Part shown: one piece after another, positions 49,800-63,510 of the stretch
Layout: each line of letters starts with the position of its first letter
Numbering within the stretch: the stretch's first letter is position 1
NCBI GenBank assembly: GCA_036172245.1
Contig: JAYWIR010000030.1
Location: forward strand, 2,294,001-2,358,000
DNA from: Raillietiella orientalis
Lineage: Eukaryota
DNA: 64,000 nt
Reading direction: 5' to 3'
Notes under the pieces: generated by a model
Databases searched by the model: none
Told to the model about the DNA's origin: nothing
The model's input: only the letters and a program-made list of their open reading frames with translations
Made by a program: the position numbers and the translations under genes

Positions 49800-51330
49800 T
49801 GGATGAGCCGCGAAGCATTGCGAGTTCCTGCGTATGCAATTCGTATACCCCTGTGCATTTCGTTTGGTCCAGCAGAGGTTAACGCATAGTTCGATGTGCT
49901 TCAGAGGCGAAATTCCTCGCACGAGAGGCGTCCTAGGGTTCAGACACAACTCTGATCCATCCTTCTGTTCTTCTGGGACGCCTCGAACTGACGAGATATT
50001 CTCGGAAACTTGCAGAAATTTCAGCTCCCAGAAGTCCAGATGACCAAAAGAACCATGCGAATGTAGGTTGGAGGGTAAGAGACGCTTCTTGTCTTCATGG
50101 ATCTCAGGGAATGCAAGAGAACCCTAGAATCTTCGTGGCCGCTACGAAACAGACCTCACGTTCTTGTTCCAGATCCAGTCTCTTGACGGCCTCAAGACTT
50201 GTTTCTTCTACGGTGTGATCCAGCTCAAATCACGAGCGTTTCCTGTTGTCGTGAACAAGCCGTGGGTTCAATCCTCCAGCATTGTCCGCTTTGCATGCGA
50301 ACAAGGAGAAGAATCAGGATGCCCAAGAGGAATCCTGGCACACGAGGATTCCAATCGGGCATCCTGAAGATCCAGAAAATCGAACTGCAGCTGCAGTCCC
50401 GACTTTGTGGCAAATTGTGAACTTCCTTCTGGTGTGCTCCTGCACAACACATCTTTTGGCGATGCTCTAGAAGCGAAGGACTTCTTTCGTTGCTTCCGTG
50501 CTGCCGGCACAGGATGAAGGGATTCGGCTTCCCCCCGAAGCATCTGTCCTCACTGCTGCAAGCTCTCCCTTTGATGTCCCGCCTGCCAAAAAAATGCAAT
50601 GCCTGGAGGCAGGAGGCACTGGAACCTCTAATGACCCCTTTGGAGGTGCGCTCAGAGGAATTTGCGACAACTCCTATGTAAACCGCTAGAAGATATCCCT
50701 CAAGAGTAAACGCAGTATTCCCAGATAGTTGTCGAGACTTTTGTCAGAGCACTGTCCGCCCTCAGGGCAAACGATGACGGCAGCCAACTGGTGGGATGGA
50801 AATTCTCGTGCAACGCTACAGGAGTCGAGGAACTCCTTGATAGTTGCAAGACGAGCGAGTTAGTGGACTCCGCCACTCGTTCCCGGACGGAGGGACTCCT
50901 TCGGTGGAGCGACCTGCTCAGTGTGCCCCTCCGAAGAACACGTGACTTCTTCCCTGTGTACGAATACACCCGTGTTCTCACTGCTTTGTTCTCACTGCTT
51001 GAACATCTGTTCAGGATGTTCTGCTATTTCTGCACTGGGGATTTCCAGTGCAATCAGGGACACATGGTTTCTGAAGGAGATGCATCCCCAAACCATTTGA
51101 GGTGCGGGGCAATGGAGTCGTTCCCGCACCTCCTGTTGGACTGCAGTCCCATTGTCGCGGGCATGTATCAGGGACTGGCTTCGGCGTTCTGCCACCCTGA
51201 GGACACCGCTGTGGACGTTGCTGCGGAAATTTTTCATTCGAGGAGGTCTCACGGCAGGCTGCGTGATCGCAACGATCTGTTGCATCTGCGTCATCTGCTA
51301 GCGTGGATGCAACAGCGCACTCCGTGGTGG
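49800..51330 (+). mobile_element. Decayed L1/Tx1-like LINE ORF2 3' part (RT and zf-RVT)
   Basis: FPVVVNKPW..SIVRFACEQGEESGCP (cf. VNG...F.V.RGVRQGCP) and SPNHLRCGAMESFPHLLLDC (cf. C..CG..ET..HL..DC). Confidence 0.6.
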
Positions 51331-53029
51331 ATTCTTGCTCACAGCGTCATCCTGCGGGGAAGAGGGGCAATCGAAACCTACGATGCGCCTCCCGTTCTCG
51401 ATGTTGATCCTTTACGGGTATTCGAACCCGATTTTTCCGTTTTTTGCATCTCAGAAAAGGGACTGCTTTGCTCGTTTAGCGGGAGCACAAATGAGTCTCT
51501 CAGGATGAGGGAATTATTTGTGCCTTATCGTTCTCTGCTGCCTAGTTTGTTTGCATCTTCTAGAGAATGCATCGCGGTTCGAATAGCAGCCTCCTTGAAA
51601 AGAGAACGGCTAGGCTCACCTGCAAGAAGGAAGTCTCCAGGGAGATCGCCATTCAGCGCCAACTTAGGAAAAAAGGAAGAAAGGAACCGCTCAAACCAAA
51701 GATCTGTCCCTATCCTCCCGTCTTTTTCTACTTTATTTATCGTCCCCTTCCTCCCGCTATTGACATCCTTACATGGAGGCCTGTGAGCAGGTGGTCATCC
51801 CCAAATAACTTCTCTTTTTTTGATTTGCGATTTATGTATTCTTAAATAGACGTCCCGGCATGACAGGATACAAAACAAGAAGCAGAAAAGCAAAGCAGAA
51901 GACAATTGTGTTTGTTCTTTGGGGTAGCTGAGAGGAACGACTGGCTGGTGACTAGGAAGAACTGTGAATGCAGCAGATGTTGGATTCTGAGAAGGCACGC
52001 GTTTGTTGAATGATGGGATTCTGCGAGTTGGAACCGGAGTACATGCAAGATAAGAAGCGATGGAAAAAAAAAAAATTGCTTGGATTCCAAAATCCCAAGG
52101 AAGCAACCCAAGTTATGAGCCGGGGCGTAGGCCACTCGGTTAAACACTGCGGCTCACTCGGTCGTGGGCTTCAGCGGCCATGCGGAAGATTTTGAAGTTT
52201 TCCGATCAACTTGCATCCGTGGAATGGGGTCGACTTTGTTCGCATACTCAAGCTGAAGTGCCTGCAGATGCAACGTAAACATGACGGTCGAGTGGATTCT
52301 CTCAGACCTCGAAAGGATTGCACTGGGACAACCGCGACAACCTACTCTGCCTGCTGGAAACGCAACCGTGCCCTGGTGCTAGGATCGAAGAACTGGCGCA
52401 GCACGATCAGGGAGTTTCCCATGTCTATACGCTCTGCCTTTGATCCACTGCACACCTGCTCAGAGTGGGAAACGTTCTATAAAGCAAACAGGCCTTTGAG
52501 TGTGGCCATCAAAGAATAATTAAGCGGGAGGAATGATTTCTTTTGCCAACATTTAAGTAGGGCTTAAGATATCGCTAGTCGAAAAGACTAAATAAGCAAA
52601 TGTTACTGATATTTTGGAAGTGTTGAGCGTGGCACATTCCGGAAGTCAGGAGAATTTCAGGGCAAAGTGTGCGGTGGAGGATGTTGCGAAGCCGAAGAAG
52701 TTTCTCCCGAGCTTGAAGATCACCTAGAAGAGCGACGTAGCCTCGGCTTGGCAAAGAGCAATTTACCAGTCACCTGATACCTGATGATGGAGGGATGAAG
52801 GCGAAGTTTCTAAACCCTCATCTGGGAGGCACTCAGCGACAAAGCAAACAGGGGCATCGGATTTCCGCGATGGCATTTTGTAGAAGATGCAAACAAAGTA
52901 GGCAGCAGAGAACGATAAGGTCCGTTTGAGATCCTGCGGGACTCATCTGTGCTCCCTCCAAAGGAGCAAAGCTGTCCCTTTTCTAAGAATCAGAAGACGA
53001 AAAAATCGGGTTCGAATATCTGTAAAGGA

Positions 53030-53550
53030 TCGACGTCGAGAATAGGAGGCGCGTCGTGGATTTGGATTGACCCCCTCCCCCGCAGGATGGCGCTGATTGG
53101 GCTGGCGGCAAGGGGTGGTGGAAGCCGGAAACTCCCGGATACCCCCGTCGAACGGCCGGGATTAGAAGTTGATCCTCCAGGATCCTTCCAGTAATCAAGG
53201 AGTTCTTCGGGTTTCCCCCCCGGTTGCGAAGATGGACTCGTCCCAGCTGGTTGATACCTCCCTCGGCTGGGGTGGCCTCTTCAGAGTGTAAGAAGCCCGC
53301 TGCCCCCTTCGGGAGCTCCCTTCAGAGAAGTTTGGAAACGTCTCTTCAGGGATCCCTCACCAAGCATAAGGGGAGCGGACTCATTCCTCCGGAGCCTGCC
53401 TGGATTCGTAGGGTGTGGTCCCTATGAGACCACCTCTCATAGCTTGAAGAGTAGTTACACGCATCCTCAGTTGGCGTGGACCGTGCTAAAGATCTCCGTG
53501 AGCCCCCTAAGGAGGCGAGTGGTTCTCTGCACCGGCGAACCAGGAAAAAA
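53030..53550 (+). mobile_element. DIRS-like RT-start fragment
   Basis: Colinear similarity to 37090-37580; THPQLAWTVLKISVSPLRRRVV resembles AP.VFTKVLKPV...LRR.G. Confidence 0.6.
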
Positions 53551-53589
53551 AAGAAAGCGAAAAACACAAAAGCTGCCTCCTTCCAAGAA

Positions 53590-54150
53590 GGCCAACTCGG
53601 GAATGTTTTTCTTTTTTTTTACTTCCGGAATCGGAGCAGAAATATTGAGGCAATCCCATGATGTGTGTAACATGTGTTTTTGAGTAATGCTTTCAATAAG
53701 CTTTCCAAGAACATACAATTGAGACATCGGGAACCAATTAGAAAGAGTGCTGGAATCGAGATTGTGCTTTTCCAGCACGCTGCCATGGAAATGCCTTCGA
53801 AGAGAATGCTCATAAGGACAGCAACAAAAGCTCCCTGTGAAGGCGTCTTCCAAGGAAAAGAAGAAAAAGAAATCGTACATGGGGCGAAGAGTACAAATCA
53901 GGAGGGATGGATGGATTGATGCAATTCAGATTTTCTCCGAGCGGGAGCCGATATCCAGCGAGGGTTCATTGCGGAAGACCATGGAGCTGCTAGACGGTGG
54001 CCGATCAGAGGGTTGTGGGAAGTCTTTCTGCTCTGACCTGGCCTTCCGGAAATGCAAGACGGGTTCCAAGGTGGGCACATTTGCGAGCCATTTCCTCCGC
54101 TTGAACCATGGATGGATTCGCATTTTTCGGACCAGCAATTCGGACCGAGA
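53590..54150 (+). mobile_element. pogo/Tigger-like DDE transposase fragment
   Basis: SHDVCNM, GVFQGK, NQEGWMD, RKTMELLDGGRS (cf. LLLLDGHSSH) and FASHFLRL..GWIRIF (cf. TSHLLQPLDVGVF). Confidence 0.6.
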
Positions 54151-54789
54151 TCCCCTCTTTTTCCATTTTCACTTCCCACATTTAAGTTCGAGCAGAGCCA
54201 TCGACCTGCGTTGGCAGTCAACACCCACGTCTGGAGCAGTCAAGGAAAACTCTCGGTGTGCCGTTCACATGCCTCGAGTATTGAAAACGCAGCCTTTCTT
54301 CCTCAATATGCACTAATATCTTGCAATTACTTGGTTTTCGAGTCCATTACGATCTTTTCCCTCACTATCGTTTCATTCATCTCTTTAAAGCAAACTTTTA
54401 TTCCATGATCTTCAGAAATTAAGGCCTTTCGCAAGCAATTATTTCTTTAGTGATAACTACTATCGATAGAAAGCATTCAAACACATTTGATTATTTGATT
54501 GCGTGCTGGCAATCAGTTATGCCCACTTAAACTGGATACGATTTACTTCCGTTTGTTATTTCGCACTCCCCATGGACGGTGCACAGGTGGGAAAAGAGAT
54601 TGTTCCCAGTCCTTGTTCCTGGAAAAAAAAAAAAAAACTTTTCTACAATTGTGAACAATTGGATTTTCAGATCGCGATGTGCTCAGATCAGCAGGCTGCA
54701 GACTCGCGGATCATTCTGGAGGCATTTTGATCAGCTCTGCCGAACGGTGCCTCGCAACGGAAGCAGATGATGGCTTGGTGAAAGCATAA

Positions 54790-55320
54790 TGACCCTCGGA
54801 GCACTAACGCTCCGAACGGAAAAATCCGATGAGTATCGGATGACGACTCGAAATCCCCGAGATGTGAGCAAACATTATCTCTCTGATCTAAAGCACAGAA
54901 AAAGACAATTATCCGATATTTTCGTTACCAGAAACCTATTGGAACGACATTGGGCTGTTCAAAATAGGAAGACTCGGAACCATAGGTGCTTTATTCATAA
55001 AGTAGGCATTTTATTTTCAAATTGCTGGAATTTTACAGCCAGGAATTGAAAATTTATCATTGTAGGTGATTTATATCAGATGAAAAGATGCCAAAATTAT
55101 GGAATTACGGAATAATTAGGCATCTTCCGTCGTAGAAACGAGGAGATGATAACGAATGCCTTTGTGAAAGTCTTGCCGTCCAGTCTTCAAGGAGGCAGTA
55201 TGAACGTCGCTGGGGCGGAATTCGACAGCATTCGCTGCCAACGAATTAACGATCTTCATTCAGTGGTCAGCGGTCACCCAGTTCACCAACCAAGGTTTCG
55301 TTCCACCAAGTAACAACAGT
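54790..55320 (+). mobile_element. RTE-like LINE endonuclease fragment
   Basis: TLGALTLRTEKSDE, KVGILFS, FIIVGDL, MITNAFVK and AEFDSI follow APE-endonuclease motif order. Confidence 0.55.
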
Positions 55321-56659
55321 GACGATGGAATGCTTAGGAACAGGATAACTGCAGGTACTCCCCTGCAGTTACTTGGGGAAGTTTACCTCACCACTTTAAA
55401 AAGATTTATACGCAAGATGAAAATTTACGACACCTCCGATCTTTACCATTTCTTAGCACGAAATGAAACCCAACTACTGACGCTGTCGTTAATTAACATG
55501 CTCTGATGAAGACAGTATGAGAGTTTGCTTCAAAAAAAAAAAAACAGAAAGAAATGCTACAAGCTTCTCATTAGAATAGAAGAGGTCTTCGGTTCCTTAA
55601 AACTGGAAAGGTCGAAGAAAAAAGGATCTCAAAAACGGAAACCAGGGACGAGGAAATTTGGAACCACAGATGCTTAGACTCCCGGCATGCATTCCAAAAC
55701 AGTGATGGGTTTCCCGAATCCCGTATTGCAAACTCTCGGAAATTTTTCTTTTTTTTTTTTTCTTTTTTTCAAAAGTTCCTGGAAACGAGCGAAGTGAACA
55801 ACAAGCACGAGGAAGGACTTTGCTGCGACTTCTGAGGCTCTGCCATCTCTTGCGGGAACGCAGGAGATCCCGAGTCTCTTCCAAATTTCTCAATGCGAGG
55901 GGCTCGCACTTTTGGGGGAGAAAAGAGCAAACGTGAGCGGAAATCGGAAGCAGGTTGGACGACGCAAATCATCGACTGACTTCACACGATGGGATGCTGA
56001 TGATCGTGGCGTTGGGTGCCAAAGTAACTGAAGTAAACGGGAGAGAATTTCAAGAGATATGAAAAGAATGGGAACGAATTGCAAATCAGACCAAAATCAA
56101 AATCCAAATTTTAAAAATCCCATACTCTGATCAAAGGACCAAATGAGTAAGGTGCCATCTTATATATTGCAGCCGCTCGCTGAGCGACCATCTCTCGTCT
56201 GCTTCCTCGAAAAAATCGGTCTCTTCCCGTTAAGAGGGAATTCTCTTCCCTCCCTGGTTTTTGGCTTTCACAGCTTCGGTCGTGTGAGATGGCTCCACAG
56301 CCAACGGGACTGCTTTTCCTGCTGATGTCTTCCCCAACATTCGCACCACCCCTCAGCCGCTAAAGCACGTGCAAGGTTCGACTGTTTCTAAATCTCGCCA
56401 TCCCTAGCGGCTAGCGGTGCCTCCATCCTCCAGCTGTTTCGTGGCAAATTTCAATCTCTGAAGACCATGGAAACCGATTCTCTGACCCGAATTTTAGTTT
56501 CCCCATTCTTCAGTGGATGCTAATTAGTCTGCGGCATCTGTGGTGATCACTTCAGAGCAGGCCGGAACTCAGAGTTCGGGAACCTGGAGGACTGACAAAG
56601 AGACCCGTGAGCATAGCAAAGAAACAAAAGAACTGATGGGAACTCAAAAGGAATTCTAA

Positions 56660-59600
56660 CAATCATAAATAGAGTCCCTTCCAAAAACAGTTTTTGGAAT
56701 GTGGCTTATTTATCACAAGGGTGATTATGCTGTAGATTGGCGAGCACAGCGTAAACATGAAAGACTTTTTTTGGTATCCCAAAGTCTTGGTTGCTGTGAG
56801 AGGCAGTCTGAGGAATATGCTGTGATAGCGAAGGCAAATGAATCGGAAATTCATCGCCATGGAATCGCATTGGGTGCTTCCCAGGAAGTAGTTTGCATGA
56901 TGTCCGCAAAGGTCTGCAACGAATAACCGGGAGCAAGTTACAAGAGAGTCTGCCAAGATCACCTGCAATTCCTGCTTGGCATGTGGGACCAACTGCTGCG
57001 CCCAAGAGGTGAGAAATCTTAACCCACGTCGCACGAGGAACTCTTGTGCGTGCCCTGCGAGCATTACTGAGTGCAGTCGAAAAGAAATCAGCTCTTGATG
57101 GAACAATAAACAGAGGAGGTTGGTTCATAGCGCCCTCTCAATTTAAATCCTCGATGCTTTTGGGTGATGCGGAATATCTCAGAGGATTGAGAAACAGAGC
57201 ACAAGCATCGCCGTGACACCTTTGACACGGCTCCTAACAATGAGATACCCTTGGGCATATTTGCTCGTAGTGACGATGTCCTGCTGTTCTTGATGCACAA
57301 ACCGAGATATAGAGCGAGGAATCCACAAGCACCAAGTCGTGCTCTCTGTGCTTTCAATCAAAGAAAATTACTTCCCTATGAGACAGCAATCAATCGGATG
57401 AAGACACAACGCCCAAGAACCATATTCAAGCCGAGATGCTGATTCACCAGATTTCACTGTAACATAGCGCGCTTCGATCTCCTGTCCAATTCATGATCAA
57501 AGTGGGAAGGCTCCATTGTGTGATCGCTACAAAAGTCGCTGCTGCCCCGGTTCAGTTTCTTCCATACCCAAATCGGCATGACATCGATGTCTCCGAGCTC
57601 AGCCACATGAACGAAAGAGGAGCTGGCCATCTAACTGCAGCGAGCAGCCAGTGACCACTCTAAGCCAGTTTGATCTCATGCGACAGCCACAAGCAATCCA
57701 GCCGCCAACGAACTTGAAACGCTTTGTTCGTTCGCCATTTGCAAAGCGACTCATCGGACTTTTGACCGGCGCTATCAAAACTTCCAATAAAGAATTGTTT
57801 GGTATTTTGCGTACCATGCATCCGAATTCCCAAAAGATCATTAAGGCTCAACCTGTAACCCGAGATTAAAGCGAGAGGACATGCAGAAGGCGAAGTTTAA
57901 TCCCCAAACCCAACATGTCCAGAACAATCATCGCAAATGCAGCGTGCTGCTGAAAAAATCGAAAAGAGCAATTCGGTTAGCGAAATCGAATCAGCACTTG
58001 ACTCGGGTTTTCACCTTTAATTTTTAATAATGCAAAGATCAATTCTCTCATCGCATGCTGCTTGAGCATGAAGTCTATGGGTAAACAGAAGGAAAAGGCC
58101 ATACGCGATCCTGTGCGAAGGATGAGATATTGACGATTCTCTTCCACGAGCATCGAGAACGTTCCTGGTAGATTTTTGATGCTGACGACCTTTCTCCGAA
58201 GTGCAGTGGAGTCGTGGAGTTTGATGAGCGGGCCACTTGGAGTCCCTCCAAGAGTATTTGGCTGACAATTCGGAGTTGCCTGTGAGTGGCTTGTCTTTAG
58301 TACCTCCCGCAAAGCATCGGAGATGCTCAACGTGGATGCCTATCCGGCACGTGGATCCTCCACGTAGTCGCTTCCGATTTGTCCACATTGTGCAAGCCTC
58401 CCTTATTTACGGCCGCCTGCTTCGAGCCCTCTTGTTGGGAAGAGGAGGTCGTTCCGTTTCGAATTCGGCAGACTTTCTTCTGAACATCGACATCACTTGA
58501 AAAATCTTCCATCTGTTACAAACGCACCGTTGTTTATCCAGCACTCGAGGTTTTCGATCTCTCTGCAGCAGGATTGGAGCGGATTCTCTCGAAACCTGCT
58601 CTGCGGGCCTGCCCCTTGGAGGCAGCAGCAATCCCATCAGGACTTCAGAAATCGGCATTTTCATCCGTGCCTCTCTCCAGCGGAATCATGGCTATGCAGT
58701 CGATCCACACGCTCATTTCATTCTTTTGTCATACCCGTGGTCCATTGTCTAACGTTCATGATGCATCTCTGCTCATAAGGCATTACTCTCCGGATTTTCA
58801 ATTTCACCATCGTTTCTTCTCATTAGTGGTCAGCATGATGCACTTTCAGGACTCGTTTTTCTTCCGGAATGACCATCCGGGTTCGCAGTAAATGGAACAA
58901 AATCAATAGATTTTCAAGTTGGTCGCCCATAAGATGCAGAATGAGTTCCTCGTTGGTGTTTGCCTGCCACCAAGTGAAAGTGCGTTGGGCTGTTCCCTGG
59001 GAGACGCACGGATGAAAGGACCTGAATCCGGCTTCACATCGAGGTGGTTGTGACTCCAACGGGAAGATCCCTTTGTAGCAGGAAAACCGGGATCCGCTTT
59101 GGCGGTACGTGAAAAAGCGATGCTCCTTGAAAGCACATGGCGCAAGGTGAGCTCAGTGTGTGGGTTGCGCGGTCCAAGAGAAAAACTGAATGGTGGATTC
59201 TTATTAATGGAATAGGTTGGATGGGTCAGTTATGTGGCCAGTTGGATGGGAAGTTACAAAGAAAGAGCTGATATTCCATGTCGTGTTGAGGAACGTTTCG
59301 AGATCGATCAGGAAAGGACGAACAGGAGAGGTTCAGAAAAGCAATCGAGTAATCGTGTTTATTCGTAACGAGGTACTACAATTTTAGGGAATGATCAGTA
59401 ATGTAATTTGATTATTCCCATTTTAAGGTCGAGATTGACCTAATGGTTAGGGACTGATAATGTAGTAGATGTAAGTGCATAAGAAGATGGCTGGTGTTTG
59501 TCCCTGGACTGGGGAATATTCTGCTATGTAGGGGTGTTCTTTGGGTGGAATAAAAGGTTGATGATGAGGCTGATTTCCGATTTTCGACCACAGTATGTGT

Positions 59601-62100
59601 TTATTAGTGGAGATTGGAATTTCGGATCTGAGAAGAACTGGTGGTACGAAGACCCAAGTTGAAAATGTGTGAGTATTGGGGAGTTCTGGGAAACGAGCCA
59701 TAAATGGAGCGTGGGCCCGTGGGTTCAAAGTTTTGACGGTTGAGCTATGGTATCTTCGTGGAAGAAACCCTGTTTCCAGCTATGCTTCTGAAATGAAGCA
59801 GGAAAGAAATTTGCTGTTGATGAGTAGGTCAGTCGATGATGAGTAGACCTTTCATTTTCAAGGGCAGAGGTTACTTTTTGACGACTCCAGTGAGATGTGA
59901 AATCCATTTATAGAAAACATCGCTAGAATATGGATGAAAATGCAACGAAGTGAAAGCAAGGGTCAACAAACAGGAACGAAGAGAGGATTCATAGATGGTG
60001 AGACCGAATGGGAGGAGAGTTTTGAAAATTTCAATAATCTACTCCTCTTATCTGTTCCCTTCTACAGGCTTTGGTGGCCAGCCAACAGTTCCTTCGTGAG
60101 AACTCGTAAAGGTTCTTTTGCAGCGGGCATCCATCCCGCTTCCAACGTACTTCTCCGGGAACACTGGGCCTTTAAAAAAGCTCACTCCTTTCTGAATTGC
60201 TTTGCTTGTTTCTTCTAATCTTCGAGTTCTCTGAACACCTTGTTTGTTTGCCGAGTTCCAAGATCCCAGAGATTCTACGATGATCTTGCTTACGGCCTCA
60301 GGTACTCTTTGGGAGGCAAAGCGAAGAAGCAATCCTCTACATTCTCGGTCCTTGTTTGGCCATGCCTCTTCTAGCGTCGCTACTGAGTATTCACGGGACA
60401 GGCAACGTACGATATAAGTACTTTTCCTTTGCTCCCTGTAGCACCATGTCCGGCTTCAGCCTCAGCTCGTCTTCGCAGTGGGTCGAAAGGACTCCCGTGT
60501 TTCGAGGAAGGTCGTCTGAGGAAAATGCAGTGAAAATTTTTCCCATCGCATCTCTTTTCGCTCTTTTTCCTACACGGATGAGATAAAATGGTCATCCTGT
60601 GGAGAATAATTGAAATGAAATCAACGACTGATGCTCGGTGGAGGTGGAAGCCCGAATGGAGAGTCCAGCAGAAAGAGTCAGTTCGTGGCGGCAGTCCAAT
60701 GCTGCTGAGATGGAACGAAGGTCATCTTTTGATTCACTGCCATCTGCGTGAAGCAGGGCAGCTTCCTTGAGGATGGGCACAATCACCCTCTCGATGAGAA
60801 TGGGAATTTACTGCTCATTAAGTGCCCGATTAAGAGCTGGCCATCGATGAGAGAAACCATGACAGCTGCCAGAGATGAGAAATACCATTTTCATCTTCAG
60901 AGTCTCGAGGCAGATGATCGGAGAACTGAGAATTCATAAGACGTGCTTGTTTCCCTAAGTCCCTCTTTCATACATGCTCAGTGGTTTCATGAAAGGGGAG
61001 ATTTCATGATGGACTTGTGATGAGGAATACTTGGCTGAACCCCATATTCAATCTCAATCAAAGGAAATGTTGATTTTAGACCTACCTGCATGTCCAACCG
61101 ACTTCTGAGCCGCGAAGCTGTCTCATTTCTCCGAAAAACTCTTCACTGCCTTATCACGCTGTCACTCGGAATGAACCGCTCAGCAGAAGCTAAAAGAAGT
61201 AGAAAATATTTCTTTGCTCTTAAGAAAAGTTTATGGAGAATTTGTCTGCCAAAACCACGCCAACGACACTTTCTCCACCCCCAATCTGCTCCCTTCATTC
61301 TCTCTTTCACCGCATTTTTCACTCGCTCTGGTGCCTCGCACTGTCATCATCATCTGTCTCTTTTATATACTTTCGGTCTGCCGACATGCATAACCAACTC
61401 AACCGGTTGTTTGATTTTCCCAGAGACGAACAATCTTTATGATGAGCGCACTTTTACAAATAGAATGCTCTTGATCTCTCCATTCCTCATGACGGAAATC
61501 ACTCCCTCTTCAAGCATTCCTTACCATCCCTATGATTCCGTCTGCCGTCAAACGTAATGAGCATCCTTGATTCTCCACGAGTTTCTTTTCGCTCCCGATA
61601 CTCTGCTACTTCCCAATAGCAGGCAAAGTGCCATCCAGACTCACCATCTTCACCTGAGACATCATCAGTATTTTCCCTAAGCTTTGACCTCCAAATGACA
61701 CCAGAAGAACTTCCTGATGACACCTCCACAACAAACGAGAGGTCTTCTGCTGGAAGGTACCAACAATGGACTCTCGTGCACTAGAAATGACCCCCTTGAG
61801 CAATCACAGCCAATGGCTCCACGGTGCAAGGATTCCAGCTCTTCCCACGCTGATAAGCAGTGGGCGCTCTTGAGCAGGGAAATCCCTCATTTTCACTTCA
61901 ACACACTGATTTTTCAAGTGTGCCCTGCATCCATTCCACAGCGTGGATCGCTGAGCACAAAAAGGACGTACACAGAACGTACTGCTGACCGACTCTCCAC
62001 GCGCAAACTGCGTTCTTCGTATCAATCACTTTATGACTCCCCCAAACACCAGATATTAATAGCCATCACGCATACTATCACCGTGCACACCATCCCCGGT
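56660..62100 (-). mobile_element. Decayed near full-length L1/Tx1-like LINE (ORF1, endonuclease, RT, zf-RVT)
   Basis: ORF1-like SRMLITFDGRR (61.55 kb); endonuclease FRSFHP..RTFTWW and HADH (58.8-59.0 kb); RT LLKIKGENPSQVLIRFR, VLDMLGLG, SRFANGERTKRF (57.7-58.0 kb); EFLVRRGL..ADSLVTC (57.0 kb). Confidence 0.65.
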
Positions 62101-62539
62101 TTATCTAACCAAACGATTAAGTAAATCCCGGCAGTAATCACTGCTGAAGAATGAATTAAAGGGCAAACTGGGATAACCACTGCTATTATGTCAGGCAAGC
62201 TCTGAATGACGATGAAACTCCCTCCTACTAACCCTCGGAAACATTACATAGCAGGGCGCGCAACCAAGGTCGTCCGTAATAAATTGGTCCTCCACTATGA
62301 ACAAAGTGAATGATAGCAGTAATCATTCGTCTCTGGAAAAGGTACCCGGCATCCTTATCTCAGAAAAGTAAAGTACCAAAAATCTGAGAAAGGTGATCGG
62401 CACCCCTGACTCCTGATCTGAACTCATTTTTTATAAAAAAAGAAAAGAAAAAAAAAAGACCCACACAATAAGGGCAAAAACGCCCTGATTTATTCCCCCG
62501 GAGTAATATTTACCACGCTCAGCATCACCATCACTACAG

Positions 62540-63510
62540 AGCCAGCATGCGCCAGAGAGGTTCAAGGAGATCGGATTCCTGCAAGCACGTGAGCTCCTGC
62601 GCTTCGCCCCCGGCAGCACCATCTGCACGCAAACCCCCCGCAAGGACAGAGGTGGCTGAATGCAGGGTGGACGCCAGAGCTTCTCTCATCACTCAGTGAG
62701 GATCACGCGACCCGACCATCGCTCACTCCTCCGTCTGTCGCCACCGGAACCCTATCACAGCAGCTCTAGCTGTTGAGTCCCATGCGGTGAGGAAAAATCA
62801 AGCTTGCCTAACAGCCTCCGTACTCCTGACGTCACCAAGCAGCTGCTCTCGCCTTGAATTGTTCCTTAGCAACCAATGAGTATGAGTCTCTCCGCTCACG
62901 CGCTCAGCTCTTATTCCAGTGTGCAGCTCACCACTCCTCCCCAGTAAGTAGGGGGGCTGCTTCGTGAGAAGCTATGAGACCCTGCTACCATCCGCAACTC
63001 AAAGAGGGGAAGAGATTGGAACACGAGTCCGTTATGGACCACCTATCTCCTTCCCTGCGCGTCCTTGCGTCTCCTCCTTCTCCCTCCTCGAATAGGCAGC
63101 CCTCCTCCTCTGTCGTCGTTGAGGCGATCACCTCATGCCACGAAAGGTGGGGACCGAAGGGCGAAACGGTTGGTGCTCGTCCGGATTGCCTCCGCGCTCT
63201 CCTTGCGATATCCACTCGGGAAAGCGCGCCGGTTGCCGCGCCTTCACGAGTGCGTCCTCCCTAGAGTGAGGTGGGATCGTGAGAAAAGGGAGCGCAACAG
63301 TGGAAGCGGGACGGCGGGTCGGCTGAGCCCCCAGTTGGGAAAGCGTTGCAGCGCCGGTGGCTTGGGAGTTATCTTCGCGCGAGGAGGAGCTGGGGACGAT
63401 CAGGCGAAGCCACGGCAACGACTGAACGACGGTTGCAGGAGTTGCATCTCGTGGCGTGTGGGCGACGGTTCGTTATTTATTTTCGACGGACGCGTTGTCG
63501 CTCATCGGGA
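62540..63510 (+). pseudogene. YR1 copy F (N-terminal two-thirds)
   Basis: ERFKEIGFLQARE, LREKL*D, SVMDHLSPS, VVVEAITSC, RVRWDRE, GDDQAK and SLFIFDGRVV in family order; no SET seen after it. Confidence 0.45.

Noticed and set aside
50791..51786. 331-aa ORF as an intact host gene
   Set aside because: It contains a damaged zf-RVT motif of a LINE and runs on into unrelated sequence.
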